DNA from: Bacillota bacterium
GTDB lineage: Bacteria; Bacillota; UBA5301; Bu52
Reading direction: 5' to 3'
NCBI GenBank assembly: GCA_014896355.1
Contig: JADBKO010000020.1
Location: forward strand, 21,852 to 85,851
DNA: 64,000 bases
Shown here: piece by piece, positions 51,581 through 61,822 of the stretch
How positions within the stretch are numbered: the first letter of the stretch is position 1
How the letters are laid out: every line of letters begins with the position of its first letter
Translations under genes and position numbers: made by a program
The notes under the pieces: generated by a model
Told to the model about the DNA's origin: nothing
Seen by the model: only the letters and a program-made list of their open reading frames with translations
Databases searched by the model: none

Positions 51581-52579
51581 ATGCCCGATATTTTGAGTCA
51601 AGACGAAATCGACGCTCTGCTTTCGGCGCTGTCCACAGGAGAAGTGAACGCAGAGCAGATCAAGGGCGAGGAGACCGGGCGTAAAGTAAAGCCTTACGAT
51701 TTTCGGCGCCCGGACAAGTTTTCCAAGGAGCAGCTGCGCACCTTGGAGATGATTCATGAGCACCTGGCCCGGGCCCTGGTGACCACCTGGACTTCGTACT
51801 TGCGCGTTGTGGTGGAGATGCGGGTGACTTCCGTCCAGCAGCTGTCTTATGAAGAGTTCGTCCGTTCGCTGCCGTCCACCACCGCCATTTGTACCTTTAC
51901 CATGACGCCGTTGCCCGGCGAGGGCATCTTCCAGATGGGCAATGAGCTGGCCCTGGCCATCATCGACCGGCTGCTGGGCGGGCACGGCGAAAAGATCAGT
52001 GAGACATCCCGGGAACTGACGGATATTGAACAGACCGTGCTGCGCCGCCTGCTGGTGCGGGGGCTGGCCACCATGAAGGACGCCTGGCGAAACGTGTTGG
52101 ACGTGGAGGCAGAGTTCAAGTCGCTGGAGAGTAATCCCCAGTTTGCCCAGGTGGCGGCGCCGACCCAGATGGTCATCCTGGTTACCATGCAGACGCGCAT
52201 CGGCCAGCAGGAGGGGCTGGTCAACGTCTGTCTCCCAGACAGCATGCTGGAGCCGATTCTACCCAAACTGTCAGCGCAATACTGGTTTTCCGGCACCCGG
52301 CGGGGGGCATCCCCGGAGAATGTCCAGAGACTGCGGCGCCGCCTGGAGGAAATGAAGGTGGAATTGGTGGCGGTGGTGGGGACCGCCGAGGTGACGCTGC
52401 GGGAGCTCATGGCTCTGAAGCCCGGGGATGTGATCCAGCTGGACCATTTTGTGAACCAGGAAGTGGCGGTGTACGTGGGGAGCCACCACAAATTCCTGGG
52501 GCGTCCGGGCCTGGTGGGAAGCCGTTTGGCTTTGCAGGTGACGGATGTGGTGAAGGAGAGGGACGACCATGCGGAGTGA
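51581..52579 (+). CDS. fliM: Flagellar motor switch protein FliM
   Basis: ILSQDEIDALL, YDFRRPDKFSKEQLRTL, ESNPQF. Confidence 0.97.
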   Translation: MPDILSQDEIDALLSALSTGEVNAEQIKGEETGRKVKPYDFRRPDKFSKEQLRTLEMIHEHLARALVTTWTSYLRVVVEMRVTSVQQLSYEEFVRSLPSTTAICTFTMTPLPGEGIFQMGNELALAIIDRLLGGHGEKISETSRELTDIEQTVLRRLLVRGLATMKDAWRNVLDVEAEFKSLESNPQFAQVAAPTQMVILVTMQTRIGQQEGLVNVCLPDSMLEPILPKLSAQYWFSGTRRGASPENVQRLRRRLEEMKVELVAVVGTAEVTLRELMALKPGDVIQLDHFVNQEVAVYVGSHHKFLGRPGLVGSRLALQVTDVVKERDDHAE

Positions 52580-54095
52580 GGGGACAGATTCGCGGGGAAG
52601 CGGGCTGTCACCGGAGGAGATCTCAGATCTGCTGCGGGAGGCCGAGGGGAGCCTTGGGGGACCGGCTGCGGCCGGTTCCGGGGATCAACCTGAGCCCGGG
52701 GAGCCATCCAACGTTGCGCCGCCGGCGGCCCAGGTGGGCCCCGCAGGTGGGGCCGGCCCGGCCGGCCCGACCGACCCGGCCGACGCGGCCGACGCGGCCA
52801 GTACGGCGGATCCCGTGGCGGAGCCGGAGGCAACCCCTGCAGGCCCGGCGGCGGAATCCGGGGCAGATGGCGCCGCCGTCGCCGGAGCTGATCACGCTGT
52901 CACCCCAGCTGCCAACCCCACTGCGGACGTTCAGCCGGTGCCTGGCCAGGCAGGCAAGCGCCAGCAGCTGGCCGAAGGCGAGGCGGATGCCCTGGGGGAG
53001 GTGGGTAACATCGCCATGGGCGCCGCTGCCACGGCGCTAGGCAGCCTTTTGAAGCGCCGGGTGGCCATCACCACTCCCCGCGTGCAGGTGACCACGTTGG
53101 AAGAGGTCCTGGGCGAAGGCCCCCAGCTGTTTGTAACGGTGCAGGTGCAGTTTACCCGGGGGCTGGAGGGAACCAACGTCTTTGTGATGCGGCCCAACGA
53201 TGCCGGTATCATTGGCGATCTCATGATGGGCGGCAACGGCACTTGGCGTGGTGGCACGCTGGATGAGGTGTACCTGAGTGCTGTGGCTGAGGCCATGAAT
53301 CAGATGATGGGCTCTGCCGCCACCGCCATGTCCACCATGTTCAACCGGCGCGTGGACATTTCGCCCCCTCACACACAGCTGTGGCAAAGCAACGAGTCAT
53401 CCAGGCTTCCGCCAGAGCTGCCCCCGGGCGGCGAGGTCGTTTGCGTGGCGTTCTCTCTGGAGATTGAAGGGCTTGTAAACAGCGATTTCTATCAATTCTT
53501 GCCTCTTAGGATGGCACATCACATGATCGAGGCGCTCATGGCCGGAGCGGCCGCCTCCGCCCAGGAGTTGGCGGAGGCCTATGCGCCGGTTGCCGGCATC
53601 CCCCCGGGCCTGGACGAGGCGGCCGCCGCGGTGGCTCCGGCGGTGCCGGTACCGCAGGTCGCCTTGCCCGCGACGGCAGCAGATGGCGCCCCTTCGTCGC
53701 CAAATTCCTCACAGGAGGTGCCCACTATGGCCCACGATCCGCGTCTTGCCACAGGTGCAGGGTGGCAGGCTCAGCCGGCGGAAGTCCGACCGGCGCAATT
53801 CACCCAGCTGAGCAGCAGGGCGGTCTCGGACGCACCCCAGAACCTGCAGCTCCTCTTGGATGTGCCGCTGCAGGTCACGGTGGAGCTGGGACGCACCCGC
53901 ATGAAGATCAAGGACGTCCTCGATCTGGGGAAGGGCTCCATCATCGAGCTGGACAAGCTGGCAGGCGAGCCCATCGACGTCCTGGTCAACGGGAAGCTCA
54001 TCGCCAAGGGCGAAGTGGTGGTGATCGACGAAAGCTTCGGCATCAAGATTACCGACATCGTCTCGCCGGCGGAGCGCATGCAAGGCTTACAGTAA
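52569..54095 (+). CDS. fliY: Flagellar switch phosphatase FliY (CheC-like + FliN domain)
   Basis: LSPEEISDLL, two ExxN motifs (EVGN, EAMN), C-terminal LDVPLQVTVELGR...GEVVVIDESFG. Confidence 0.95.
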   Translation: MRSEGTDSRGSGLSPEEISDLLREAEGSLGGPAAAGSGDQPEPGEPSNVAPPAAQVGPAGGAGPAGPTDPADAADAASTADPVAEPEATPAGPAAESGADGAAVAGADHAVTPAANPTADVQPVPGQAGKRQQLAEGEADALGEVGNIAMGAAATALGSLLKRRVAITTPRVQVTTLEEVLGEGPQLFVTVQVQFTRGLEGTNVFVMRPNDAGIIGDLMMGGNGTWRGGTLDEVYLSAVAEAMNQMMGSAATAMSTMFNRRVDISPPHTQLWQSNESSRLPPELPPGGEVVCVAFSLEIEGLVNSDFYQFLPLRMAHHMIEALMAGAAASAQELAEAYAPVAGIPPGLDEAAAAVAPAVPVPQVALPATAADGAPSSPNSSQEVPTMAHDPRLATGAGWQAQPAEVRPAQFTQLSSRAVSDAPQNLQLLLDVPLQVTVELGRTRMKIKDVLDLGKGSIIELDKLAGEPIDVLVNGKLIAKGEVVVIDESFGIKITDIVSPAERMQGLQ

Positions 54096-54146
54096 TGCGA
54101 CCAAGCCGGCAGCGGTGTGAATTGTGGCTATTCGGAGGGAGTTTGG

Positions 54147-54509
54147 GTGGGAAAACGTGTTCTGATCGTGGATGACGCAGCGTTCATGCGGATGATGCTG
54201 CGGGACATCCTGACGAAGGCCGGCTTCGAAGTGGTGGGGGAGGCCGACAATGGCGCCAGTGCGGTCAAGAGCTACGAAGAGCTTCGTCCGGATGTGGTGA
54301 CCATGGACATCACCATGCCTGAGATGGACGGGATCGCCGCCACCCGCAAGATCAGAGCCCTGGATCCCAATGCCGTGGTGATCATGTGCAGCGCCATGGG
54401 CCAGCAGGCGCTGGTCATCGATGCCATCCAGGCCGGGGCCAAGGATTTCGTGGTCAAGCCTTTTCAGCCCGAGCGGGTTGCGGAAGCAGTCCGCAAGGCT
54501 GTGGGCTGA
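54147..54509 (+). CDS. cheY: Chemotaxis response regulator CheY
   Basis: VDDAAFMRMML, MDITMPEMDG, VKPF. Confidence 0.96.
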   Translation: MGKRVLIVDDAAFMRMMLRDILTKAGFEVVGEADNGASAVKSYEELRPDVVTMDITMPEMDGIAATRKIRALDPNAVVIMCSAMGQQALVIDAIQAGAKDFVVKPFQPERVAEAVRKAVG

Positions 54510-54528
54510 GAGGCCGGCGGAGTTAGCC

Positions 54529-55041
54529 GTGGGGGACGTGCTGTGGCCCCTTTTGAAAGCGCTCCTGGCCCTGGCGGTAGTGGCGCCTCTGGCTTGGTGG
54601 TCCACGCGGCTCTATGCCACGCGGGCCGGCGGCGGGTTCCTGGCAGGCCGCCGGGCCGGCCGCTACTTACAGGTATGGGAGACCCAGAGCCTGGGCGCCG
54701 CCGGGCAGGTGGTTTTGCTGGCTGCGGGGCCGGAGGTCCTTCTGGTGGTGGTACAGGACAAGTCGGTCCAGCTGGTCCGGTCCTGGCCCAGGGAGCAGTT
54801 CCTGGCTGGCGCCGCGGCCACCGCGAAGGCCGGGAATGGGCCGGAGCCCGCCGGCGCCGGCAAGGCGGCATCAGACTCCCAGGCAGCCGGCGGCGCACTG
54901 GCGCAGGGGGCGATGCAGATCCCGTCTGCGCCGAGGCCGCCCGGAGCGCCCGAAGGTTCATGGGCTGTCCCGGCAGGCTGGGGAAGGCAGGCGACCCGGT
55001 GGTGGAAGCACTGGCAGGAACGAATGTCCGGGAAGGTTTAG
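54529..55041 (+). CDS. fliO: Flagellar biosynthesis protein FliO/FliZ
   Basis: N-terminal [12 protein letters not shown]...VVLL..G..VLLV; cheY-fliP position. Confidence 0.75.
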   Translation: MGDVLWPLLKALLALAVVAPLAWWSTRLYATRAGGGFLAGRRAGRYLQVWETQSLGAAGQVVLLAAGPEVLLVVVQDKSVQLVRSWPREQFLAGAAATAKAGNGPEPAGAGKAASDSQAAGGALAQGAMQIPSAPRPPGAPEGSWAVPAGWGRQATRWWKHWQERMSGKV

Positions 55042-55045
55042 GCGG

Positions 55046-55903
55046 ATGAACGAGGGAGTTTTGCGGCGACACCCGGATTGTCCGGCGCAAGGCCCGAGGA
55101 TGGGGCTGGTGCAGAGACGCAGAGGCACGGGTTTGGAAAGATTGGTATGGGGGGCCGCCGCGGGGGCGGCGGCTTTGTGTGCGTTGTGGGCTGCCCCGGC
55201 GTGGGCGCAGCCCCAGGTGCCGCCGGTGCCGGTGCCGCGGCTGCAGATCGGCCTGCAGCCAGCGCAGAGTCCGCAGGACGTGGCTGCCAGCCTGCAGGTG
55301 TTGCTGCTCCTGACCATTTTGTCCTTAGCACCTTCGATTCTGGTGCTGATGACCTCTTTCACCCGCATCGTGGTGGTTCTGGGGTTTGTCCGGACCTCAC
55401 TGGGTACGCAGCAGCTTCCGCCGAACCAGGTGCTGGTGGGCTTGGCGCTTTTTCTCACGTTTTTTGTCATGGCGCCCACATGGCAGGCGATCAACACCCA
55501 GGCCCTGCAGCCGTACCTGGCCGGGCGCATCACCACAGATCAGGCTCTGCACAATGCCGAGCAGCCGTTGCGGGAGTTCATGTTCCGGCAGACCCGGGAG
55601 AAAGACCTGGGTTTGTTCATCCAGATGGCGAAGCTGAAACCTCCGCGCGACAAGCAGGATGTGCCCACGTACGTGCTGGTGCCGGCCTTTGTCATCAGTG
55701 AGCTGAAAACCGCCTTTCAGATTGGTTTTATGATCTTCATACCGTTTATCGTCATCGATATGATCGTGGCCAGCACCTTAATGTCCATGGGCATGCTGAT
55801 GCTTCCCCCGGTGATGATTTCTCTGCCCTTCAAGATTTTGCTGTTTGTTCTGGCGGACGGGTGGTATATGGTGGTGAAGTCCGTGGTGACCAGTTTTCAT
55901 TGA
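55046..55903 (+). CDS. fliP: Flagellar export gate protein FliP
   Basis: [43 protein letters not shown]; start uncertain. Confidence 0.96.
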   Translation: MNEGVLRRHPDCPAQGPRMGLVQRRRGTGLERLVWGAAAGAAALCALWAAPAWAQPQVPPVPVPRLQIGLQPAQSPQDVAASLQVLLLLTILSLAPSILVLMTSFTRIVVVLGFVRTSLGTQQLPPNQVLVGLALFLTFFVMAPTWQAINTQALQPYLAGRITTDQALHNAEQPLREFMFRQTREKDLGLFIQMAKLKPPRDKQDVPTYVLVPAFVISELKTAFQIGFMIFIPFIVIDMIVASTLMSMGMLMLPPVMISLPFKILLFVLADGWYMVVKSVVTSFH

Positions 55904-56006
55904 AAAGTAAAGGCATTGGGGGCGGTGGAGGGCCTGGCAGGACCCTGCCGCGGGAGCCTGGCGCAGACTGGCAACGGGCGGGCAGTGGAGCGGGAGGCGA
56001 TGCGTT

Positions 56007-56276
56007 GTGACGGAGGGATTTATCATCGGCATCGGGCGGGACGCTCTCTGGACGGTGCTTTTGATCAGCGCCCCCATTTTGGGGTTAGGGCTTGTCGTGG
56101 GGTTGGTGGTCAGCATTCTGCAGGCCACCACCCAGATTCAGGACGCTACTCTGGCGTTTGTTCCAAAGATTCTGGCGGTCCTGGTGGCGCTGGCTCTCTT
56201 CGGTGGTTGGATGCTTACATCGTTGGTGGATTTCACCCAGCGGATATTCCAAGCCTTGCCCACGGTCCTGGGGTGA
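56007..56276 (+). CDS. fliQ: Flagellar export gate protein FliQ
   Basis: VSILQATTQIQDATLAFVPK. Confidence 0.96.
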   Translation: MTEGFIIGIGRDALWTVLLISAPILGLGLVVGLVVSILQATTQIQDATLAFVPKILAVLVALALFGGWMLTSLVDFTQRIFQALPTVLG

Positions 56277-56359
56277 CGGCGTCCCGGGCGTGAAGTGGGT
56301 CGGCGGTAGACATACGGGGCTGGGGAATCGTTGAAGCGGGCCGAGAGGGGGTGGCAGGC

Positions 56360-57160
56360 ATGGAATGGACGCAGCTGTATCAGGGATTGGCGGCGGGATT
56401 TCCGGTGTTCTTGCTGGTGTTCGTGCGTGTCAGCGGCGTGTTGGCCACCAGTCCTTTTTTTGCCAGCCGCGCCATCCCTCTGCCGGTGAAGGCCCTTTCG
56501 CCACTGCTGTTGGCGTTTCTTCTTTGGCCCTCGCTGCCTGCCCATACCCGGGCCCCCAGCCAGTGGCCTCAATATGTGGGGGCTGTGGGGGCAGAAGTCC
56601 TGGTTGGGGTGTTGCTGGGCTTTCTGATTTCCCTGGCCTTTGCCGTGTTCCAGATGGCTGGCGAGTTCGTGGATATCCCAATCGGCTTCAGCCTGGCCAA
56701 TGTGCTGGACCCGGTTTTTGGGGCCCAACAGTCGATCCTGGCCCGCTTTTTGTATGTTCTGGCCACGGTGGTTTTCTTCGCCATCAACGGCCATTATGCC
56801 ATTTTGATGGCCATGGCCCGCAGTTTCTCGATCCTGCCCTTGGGCGGATTCCGGCAATGGCCGGGCTTGACGGAGCTGGTGACCCGCTACTTCGCCGACA
56901 CGTTTGCGCTCGCTTTTCAGGTGGCCTTCCCCGTGGTGGCTGCCATGTTGTTGACGGATGTGGCCTTCGGCATCGTCAACCGCACGGTACCCCAGGTCAA
57001 CGTTTTCATCGTGGGCTTTCCCATGAAGATCTTGGTGGGTTTGCTCTTCCTGGCCATTCTGTTGCCATTCTACGTGGCTACGGTGGAGCGGATCTTCAGC
57101 GGTGACAGCCAGCTCTACCACTTGTTCTACCAGGTCATCACCGGCGGGGGAGGCGGTTAG
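56360..57160 (+). CDS. fliR: Flagellar export gate protein FliR
   Basis: VFVRVSG, AGEFVD..IGF, NRTVPQVNVFIVGFP.K. Confidence 0.95.
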   Translation: MEWTQLYQGLAAGFPVFLLVFVRVSGVLATSPFFASRAIPLPVKALSPLLLAFLLWPSLPAHTRAPSQWPQYVGAVGAEVLVGVLLGFLISLAFAVFQMAGEFVDIPIGFSLANVLDPVFGAQQSILARFLYVLATVVFFAINGHYAILMAMARSFSILPLGGFRQWPGLTELVTRYFADTFALAFQVAFPVVAAMLLTDVAFGIVNRTVPQVNVFIVGFPMKILVGLLFLAILLPFYVATVERIFSGDSQLYHLFYQVITGGGGG

Positions 57161-57161
57161 C

Positions 57162-58259
57162 ATGCCGGACCTCCGTCTGGAGCACATTCAGCTGCAGATT
57201 TTCGCCCTGGACAAGACGGAGCCCGCTACCCCAAAACGGCGTAGCGAGGCCCGCAAGCGGGGTCAAATCCCGCGCACGCAGGAGCTGAACACCGCCGTGG
57301 TGCTGCTGGCGCTGTTTGCCCTGATCCATGCCGGCATGCCGGGGGCCATGGCGCGGATACAGGACTACATGGCCAGCACGTTCGGCAGCCTGGGTGCCGC
57401 CCCCGCATCGGTGGCTGGCCTGCATGTGGTTCTATTTCCGGCCCTGGAGGTCAGCGCCCTGCTCCTGGGACCTGTACTCTTCGTGGCTCTGGTGGCCAGC
57501 GTGCTCTCCAGCGGGTTACAGGTGGGCGTGGTGCTGACGGGCGAGCCGCTGAAACCGCAGTTCAGCCGCATCAACCCCCTGGAGGGCGCCAAGCGGCTGT
57601 TCTCGCGCCGCGGCTTGGTGGAGCTGGGCAAATCCCTGTTGAAAATCGTTATCGTAGGGGGCATGGCCTACTGGACCCTGGCGGGCACCGTGCCCATCTT
57701 TCTGAACATGAACGACATGCCGGTATCCCGGGCGTTCTTGAATGTCAACGAGATCATTTACGACCTGGCCTTGCGCTGCGGCGTGGCGCTTTTGGTCCTG
57801 GCGGCGGCCGACTACGCCTTTCAACGCTGGGAGAATGAGCAGAGCCTGAAAATGACCAAGGAAGAAATCAAGGAAGAGCTCAAAGAAACCGAGGGGAATC
57901 CACAGGTCCGGGGCAAAATCCGCCAGATGCAGCGGCGGCTGGCTGTGGGCCGGATGATGCAGCAGGTTCCCACCGCCGACGTGGTGGTCACCAACCCGAC
58001 CCACTATGCCGTGGCGCTGCGCTATGATCCGGATACCATGGAGGCTCCGGTGGTGGTGGCCAAGGGGGCAGATTTCTTGGCCCTGCGCATCCGCACCCTG
58101 GCGGCGCGGCACGGCGTTCTGATCGTGGAAAACCCCGCACTGGCCCGGACCCTCTACCAGGCCGTGGACGTGGGGCAGGCCATTCCGGTGGAGCTTTACC
58201 AAGCGGTGGCCGAGGTGCTGGCTTTTGTATTCCGCCTGAAAGGAAAGACGGTGAGCTAG
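57162..58259 (+). CDS. flhB: Flagellar export switch protein FlhB
   Basis: KTEPATPKR, EGNPQVRGK, intact NPTH autocleavage motif. Confidence 0.97.
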   Translation: MPDLRLEHIQLQIFALDKTEPATPKRRSEARKRGQIPRTQELNTAVVLLALFALIHAGMPGAMARIQDYMASTFGSLGAAPASVAGLHVVLFPALEVSALLLGPVLFVALVASVLSSGLQVGVVLTGEPLKPQFSRINPLEGAKRLFSRRGLVELGKSLLKIVIVGGMAYWTLAGTVPIFLNMNDMPVSRAFLNVNEIIYDLALRCGVALLVLAAADYAFQRWENEQSLKMTKEEIKEELKETEGNPQVRGKIRQMQRRLAVGRMMQQVPTADVVVTNPTHYAVALRYDPDTMEAPVVVAKGADFLALRIRTLAARHGVLIVENPALARTLYQAVDVGQAIPVELYQAVAEVLAFVFRLKGKTVS

Positions 58260-58263
58260 GCCC

Positions 58264-60378
58264 ATGGCATCGAATCCGACATCCGCCCCGTCTGCCGCGG
58301 GAATGCGGCCCGGCGCCGGGGTTCTCAGCAACATCGGCCGCTATAACGACCTCTTTGCGGTGGCCGGCATCGTCGGCATCGTGGCCATGATGGTGATTCC
58401 GGTGCCGCCTTTTCTGCTGGACATTCTCCTGGCCACCAACATCAGTCTGGCGCTGCTGATTCTGATGCTGAGCATGAATGTCCAGGAAGCCCTGGATTTC
58501 TCGGTCTTCCCGTCGCTGCTCCTGGTGACCACGCTGTTCCGGCTGGCCTTGAACGTCTCCACCACGCGTCTGATTCTGCTGCACGGGTATGCCGGGGAGA
58601 TCATCAACGCCTTCGGTAATTTCGTGGTGGGCGGCAACTATGTGGTCGGGTTCGTGGTGTTTCTGATTCTGGTGATCATCCAGTTCGTCGTCATTGTGCG
58701 GGGCGCCGAGCGCGTGGCGGAAGTGGCAGCCCGCTTTACCCTGGACGCCATGCCCGGCAAACAGATGAGCATCGACGCCGACCTCAACACCGGGCTCATC
58801 AACGAGAGTGAAGCGCGGCGGCGGCGGGCGAATATCGAACGGGAGGCGGACTTCTATGGCGCCATGGACGGTGCCAGCAAGTTCGTGAAAGGCGACGCCA
58901 TCGCGGCCTTGATTATCCTGATCATCAATGTCTTGGGGGGCTTCATCATCGGCATCGCCCAGAGGGGCATGAGCATCACCCAGGCCCTGCAGACCTACAC
59001 CCTGCTCACTATCGGCGACGGGCTGGTGGCGCAGATCCCCGCTCTTTTGATCTCCACCGCCACGGGCATCATTGTGACCCGGTCTGCCTCCCAGGAGAAC
59101 CTCAGCTCTGAGATGGAGTCACAGCTGACCAGCCAGCCCCGGGTGCTGCTTGTGGGGGCCGGGGTGCTGCTGGTCTTCGCCCTCATCCCAGGCCTGCCGA
59201 AGATCCCCTTCCTGGTACTGGCGGCCGGGGTGGGCTCTCTGGCCGGAGTGCTGCTGCAGTCCCAGAAGAGGAAGGATCAGGCAGCCCAGGAGAAGGCCAA
59301 GGAGGCCGAGCTGGACCAGGCGCGCCGGCCGGAGAACGTGATGAGCCTGCTCAGCATGGATCCGGTGGTGCTGGAGATTGGGTATGGGCTTATTCCCCTG
59401 GTGGACACCGCCCAGGGGGGCGACCTGTTCGACCGCGTCACGTTGCTGCGGCGCCAGCTGGCCCTGGATCTGGGCGTGGTGATTCCCGCCATCCGGGTGC
59501 GGGACAACATGCAGCTGAAGCCCAGCGGCTACCGCATCGAAATCAAGGGCACGGAGGTGGCCGCTGGGGAACTGCTGCTCAGCCATTTTCTGGCCATGGA
59601 TCCGGGGACGGTGAAAAAGCCGGTGCCCGGCATCGCCACCCGAGAGCCGGCTTTCGGCCTGCCGGCCCTCTGGATCGAAGCGGGCCGCCGCGAGGAGGCG
59701 GAGATGGCGGGTTATACCGTGGTGGACCCGCCCTCGGTCCTGGCGACGCACCTGACGGAGATCCTGAAGACCTATGCCTTTGAGCTCCTGGGCCGCCAGG
59801 AAGTGAAGGCATTGCTGGACAACCTGAAAGAAGAATACCCGGCCGTGGTGGAGGAACTGACGCCGCAGGTCCTGACTCTGGGCGAGATTCAGAAGGTGCT
59901 GCAGAACCTTCTGCGGGAAGGCATCCCCATCCGCAATCTGGTGACCATCTGTGAGGCACTGGCCGATTACGGCCGCGCCACCAAGGATCCCGACCTGCTC
60001 ACAGAGCACGTGCGCCAGGCTTTGAGCCGCCAAATCAGCCATCAGTATGCAGAGGGCGGTGTTCTGACCGTCATGACGTTGGAGCCTGCCCTGGAGGATG
60101 CCCTGGTGGGGAAGCTGCAGCAAGGCGAACAGGGGATGGTCCTGGCCATCAGCCCCGACGAAGCCACGCAGCTTCTGCAGGCCATCGGCCGGCACGCCGC
60201 AAGCGCGGCGCAGGCCGGCCATGTACCCATCCTGGTCTGCGACGGCCGGCTGCGCCCGCATTTGAAGCGCCTCTCCGAGCGCTCCCTGCCGCGGCTGGTG
60301 GTGCTTTCCTACAGTGAGATTGCCCGGGAAGTGCAGATCCAATCCGTGGGGATGGTGACTGTGTCCCGTGAAGGTTAA
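58264..60378 (+). CDS. flhA: Flagellar export protein FlhA
   Basis: RVAEVAARFTLDAMPGKQMSIDADL, FYGAMDGASKFVKGDAIA. Confidence 0.98.
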   Translation: MASNPTSAPSAAGMRPGAGVLSNIGRYNDLFAVAGIVGIVAMMVIPVPPFLLDILLATNISLALLILMLSMNVQEALDFSVFPSLLLVTTLFRLALNVSTTRLILLHGYAGEIINAFGNFVVGGNYVVGFVVFLILVIIQFVVIVRGAERVAEVAARFTLDAMPGKQMSIDADLNTGLINESEARRRRANIEREADFYGAMDGASKFVKGDAIAALIILIINVLGGFIIGIAQRGMSITQALQTYTLLTIGDGLVAQIPALLISTATGIIVTRSASQENLSSEMESQLTSQPRVLLVGAGVLLVFALIPGLPKIPFLVLAAGVGSLAGVLLQSQKRKDQAAQEKAKEAELDQARRPENVMSLLSMDPVVLEIGYGLIPLVDTAQGGDLFDRVTLLRRQLALDLGVVIPAIRVRDNMQLKPSGYRIEIKGTEVAAGELLLSHFLAMDPGTVKKPVPGIATREPAFGLPALWIEAGRREEAEMAGYTVVDPPSVLATHLTEILKTYAFELLGRQEVKALLDNLKEEYPAVVEELTPQVLTLGEIQKVLQNLLREGIPIRNLVTICEALADYGRATKDPDLLTEHVRQALSRQISHQYAEGGVLTVMTLEPALEDALVGKLQQGEQGMVLAISPDEATQLLQAIGRHAASAAQAGHVPILVCDGRLRPHLKRLSERSLPRLVVLSYSEIAREVQIQSVGMVTVSREG

Positions 60379-61822
60379 GCGCTATCAGGCTGCCAGCATG
60401 AGTGAGGCTATTCAGCAGGTCCGGGCGGACCTGGGGCGTGACGCCCTGATTGTCTCGTCGCGCCGGGTGCGCCGTTCTGGCTTGGCCGGCTGGTTTTCCA
60501 GGCCCTGGGTGGAGGTGGTGGCGGCCGTGGAAGGGCAGACGCGCGAAGCCTGGGCGGCGGGTGCGCCGCCTTCGGCGGTGTCGCCGGCGCCGGGGCCTGC
60601 GCCGCCGCTGTTCCGTCGCCCGGTGTTAGGGGAGTCCCCTGAGTTCCTACCCGGCGATCCGGCGGCACCGCTTCCGGAGGCCACGCCACGGGCGCCGGGG
60701 AGGCCGGATGCAGGGCCTCCCGCGCCAGGCACCGCTCCGCCTGTGAAGCCGCCGGCGTCTCCCCAGGTGCCGGTAACGGCGGCGGCTCCGGCCGCAGAGA
60801 GGCAGCTGGCCCAACGCCTGGAGCAGGTGGAAGGCCTTCTCCTGGGACTCAACCGGCGCCTGGAGGAGAAAGGACAGGCCACCCCGTTGTCCCCGGCCTG
60901 GCTGGACCTGTCGCGGCGCCTGCGGGAGCGGGGAATCTCCGAGGAAACCTTGGAACGCCTCCACTCTTACCTTTGGCGCCAGTTGCCGCCGGACCGTTGG
61001 CAGGATGCGCAGGCCCTGCATGACCAGGCGCTGGCCTATTTCCAAGGCATTTTTCAGGGCGAAGGCGCGGTGCCGGCGCAAGAGACGGCCCCCGTTCCCG
61101 CGCGCCGGGCTCACAACTATGTGTTCGTAGGACCCACGGGGGTGGGAAAGACCACCACCCTGGCGAAGCTGGCGGCGCGGCTGGCCTGGGTGGAGGGACG
61201 GCGTATCGGGCTCATCACGCTGGACACTTACCGGATCGCGGCTGTAGAGCAGCTACGGACGTACGCGGAGATCATGGGGATCCCCCTGGAGGTGGCGTTT
61301 ACCCCGGCGGATCTGCAAGCCTGTTGGCGGCGCCTGCAGGGGGTGGATGTGGTCTTGGTGGACACCGCCGGGCGCAGCCCGCGGAACTCGGCACAGATGC
61401 GGGAACTGAGCGAGCTTCTGCAGGTGCAAAGGGAGGTTGCAGCGTCGGGGTCGCCACCGGCGTCGCCGCTGGAGCCTGCGGGCCCTGCGAAGGCGGCGGA
61501 AGAGGGCAAAGCGCTTGCGGCGCCGCCTGGCGCTGCGCCCCCCCGGGGGAGCCGGATCTTTTTGGTGCTCAGCTCCACCACCAGCCGGGCCGACGCGGAG
61601 CTGGCCTTAGAGGCGTTTTCTGACACGGGTTTCAACGCTCTGGTGTTTACCAAGCTGGATGAAACCCGCAACTACGGCCTTTTGGCCGAGGTCGTCCAGC
61701 GGGCGCGGGTGCCCGTGGCCTACGTCTCTGATGGGCAGAATGTCCCGGACGACCTACACCCGGCGGATCCGCTGGGTTTGGCACGCCTCATTCTGGACGG
61801 CAGCGGGGAGGCGGGAATGTGA
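60368..61822 (+). CDS. flhF: Flagellar biosynthesis GTPase FlhF
   Basis: [44 protein letters not shown]. Confidence 0.96.
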   Translation: MKVKRYQAASMSEAIQQVRADLGRDALIVSSRRVRRSGLAGWFSRPWVEVVAAVEGQTREAWAAGAPPSAVSPAPGPAPPLFRRPVLGESPEFLPGDPAAPLPEATPRAPGRPDAGPPAPGTAPPVKPPASPQVPVTAAAPAAERQLAQRLEQVEGLLLGLNRRLEEKGQATPLSPAWLDLSRRLRERGISEETLERLHSYLWRQLPPDRWQDAQALHDQALAYFQGIFQGEGAVPAQETAPVPARRAHNYVFVGPTGVGKTTTLAKLAARLAWVEGRRIGLITLDTYRIAAVEQLRTYAEIMGIPLEVAFTPADLQACWRRLQGVDVVLVDTAGRSPRNSAQMRELSELLQVQREVAASGSPPASPLEPAGPAKAAEEGKALAAPPGAAPPRGSRIFLVLSSTTSRADAELALEAFSDTGFNALVFTKLDETRNYGLLAEVVQRARVPVAYVSDGQNVPDDLHPADPLGLARLILDGSGEAGM

